In this document: one piece after another, positions 63,901 through 64,000 of the stretch
How the letters are laid out: each line of letters starts with the position of its first letter
Numbering within the stretch: the first letter of the stretch is position 1
Assembly: GCA_964016885.1 (NCBI GenBank)
Contig: OZ024740.1
Span: forward strand, 214,830,001-214,894,000
Length of the DNA: 64,000 nucleotides
Origin: Eledone cirrhosa
Taxonomy: Eukaryota
Direction of reading: 5' to 3'
Notes under the pieces: generated by a model
The model's database searches: none
Seen by the model: the letters and a program-made list of their open reading frames with translations, nothing else
Told to the model about the DNA's origin: nothing
Translations under genes and position numbers: made by a program

Positions 63901-64000
63901 CAACAACAACAACAGTACCATCAACAACAGTACCAACAACAACAACAGTACCAACAACAACAACAACAGTACCAACAACAACAGTACCAACAGCAACAAC
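11075..64000 (+). repeat. Giant (>52.9 kb) GTAC(CAA)nCA tandem array, modal unit 15 bp (GTACCAACAACAACA), running off the window end
   Basis: Uninterrupted array with unit lengths 9-24 bp, almost always multiples of 3. It translates as VPTTTT / STNNNN / YQQQQ. Diagnostic point variants recur at kb-scale periods. Confidence 0.98.

Noticed and set aside
10991-63999. Very long minus-strand poly-Leu/Val, GTVVVV and WYCCCC ORFs and plus-strand STNNNN/YQQQQ ORFs
   Set aside because: Alternative frames of the same triplet-based array. They are open because the repeat lacks stops, and starts are TTG/GTG within the repeat.
11075-64000. Telomeric repeat
   Set aside because: It is C/A-skewed, but there are no TTAGGG-like units or G-runs on the minus strand, and variable unit length with higher-order structure does not fit telomerase products.

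Overview
Eukaryotic, microsatellite-saturated, repeat-derived DNA with no intact host gene that I can support. The SINE, mariner and microsatellite content resembles cephalopod (Octopus-like) genomes, but that is recalled resemblance only. Bases 1-10.9 kb are a patchwork of microsatellites and decayed mobile elements. A Penelope-like element (PLE) relic has inverted pseudo-LTRs and a frameshifted RT C-terminal fragment. Two type I hammerhead ribozyme folds, one with a ~115-nt stem II, face each other across a (TA)n tract. There are also a 41-bp minisatellite, an internally deleted Ty3/Gypsy LTR element, mariner-like end remnants and a tandem cluster of tRNA-derived SINEs. From ~11.0 kb to the window end (>53 kb) runs one strand-asymmetric array of GTAC(CAA)nCA units, mostly 15 bp. 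It reads as VPTTTT in one frame, has nested higher-order repeats (~1.0, ~3.3-3.5, ~6.0-6.2, ~8.06 and ~13.7 kb) and carries recurrent frameshifting variants. Almost all ORFs in the supplied track are artefacts of simple repeats.
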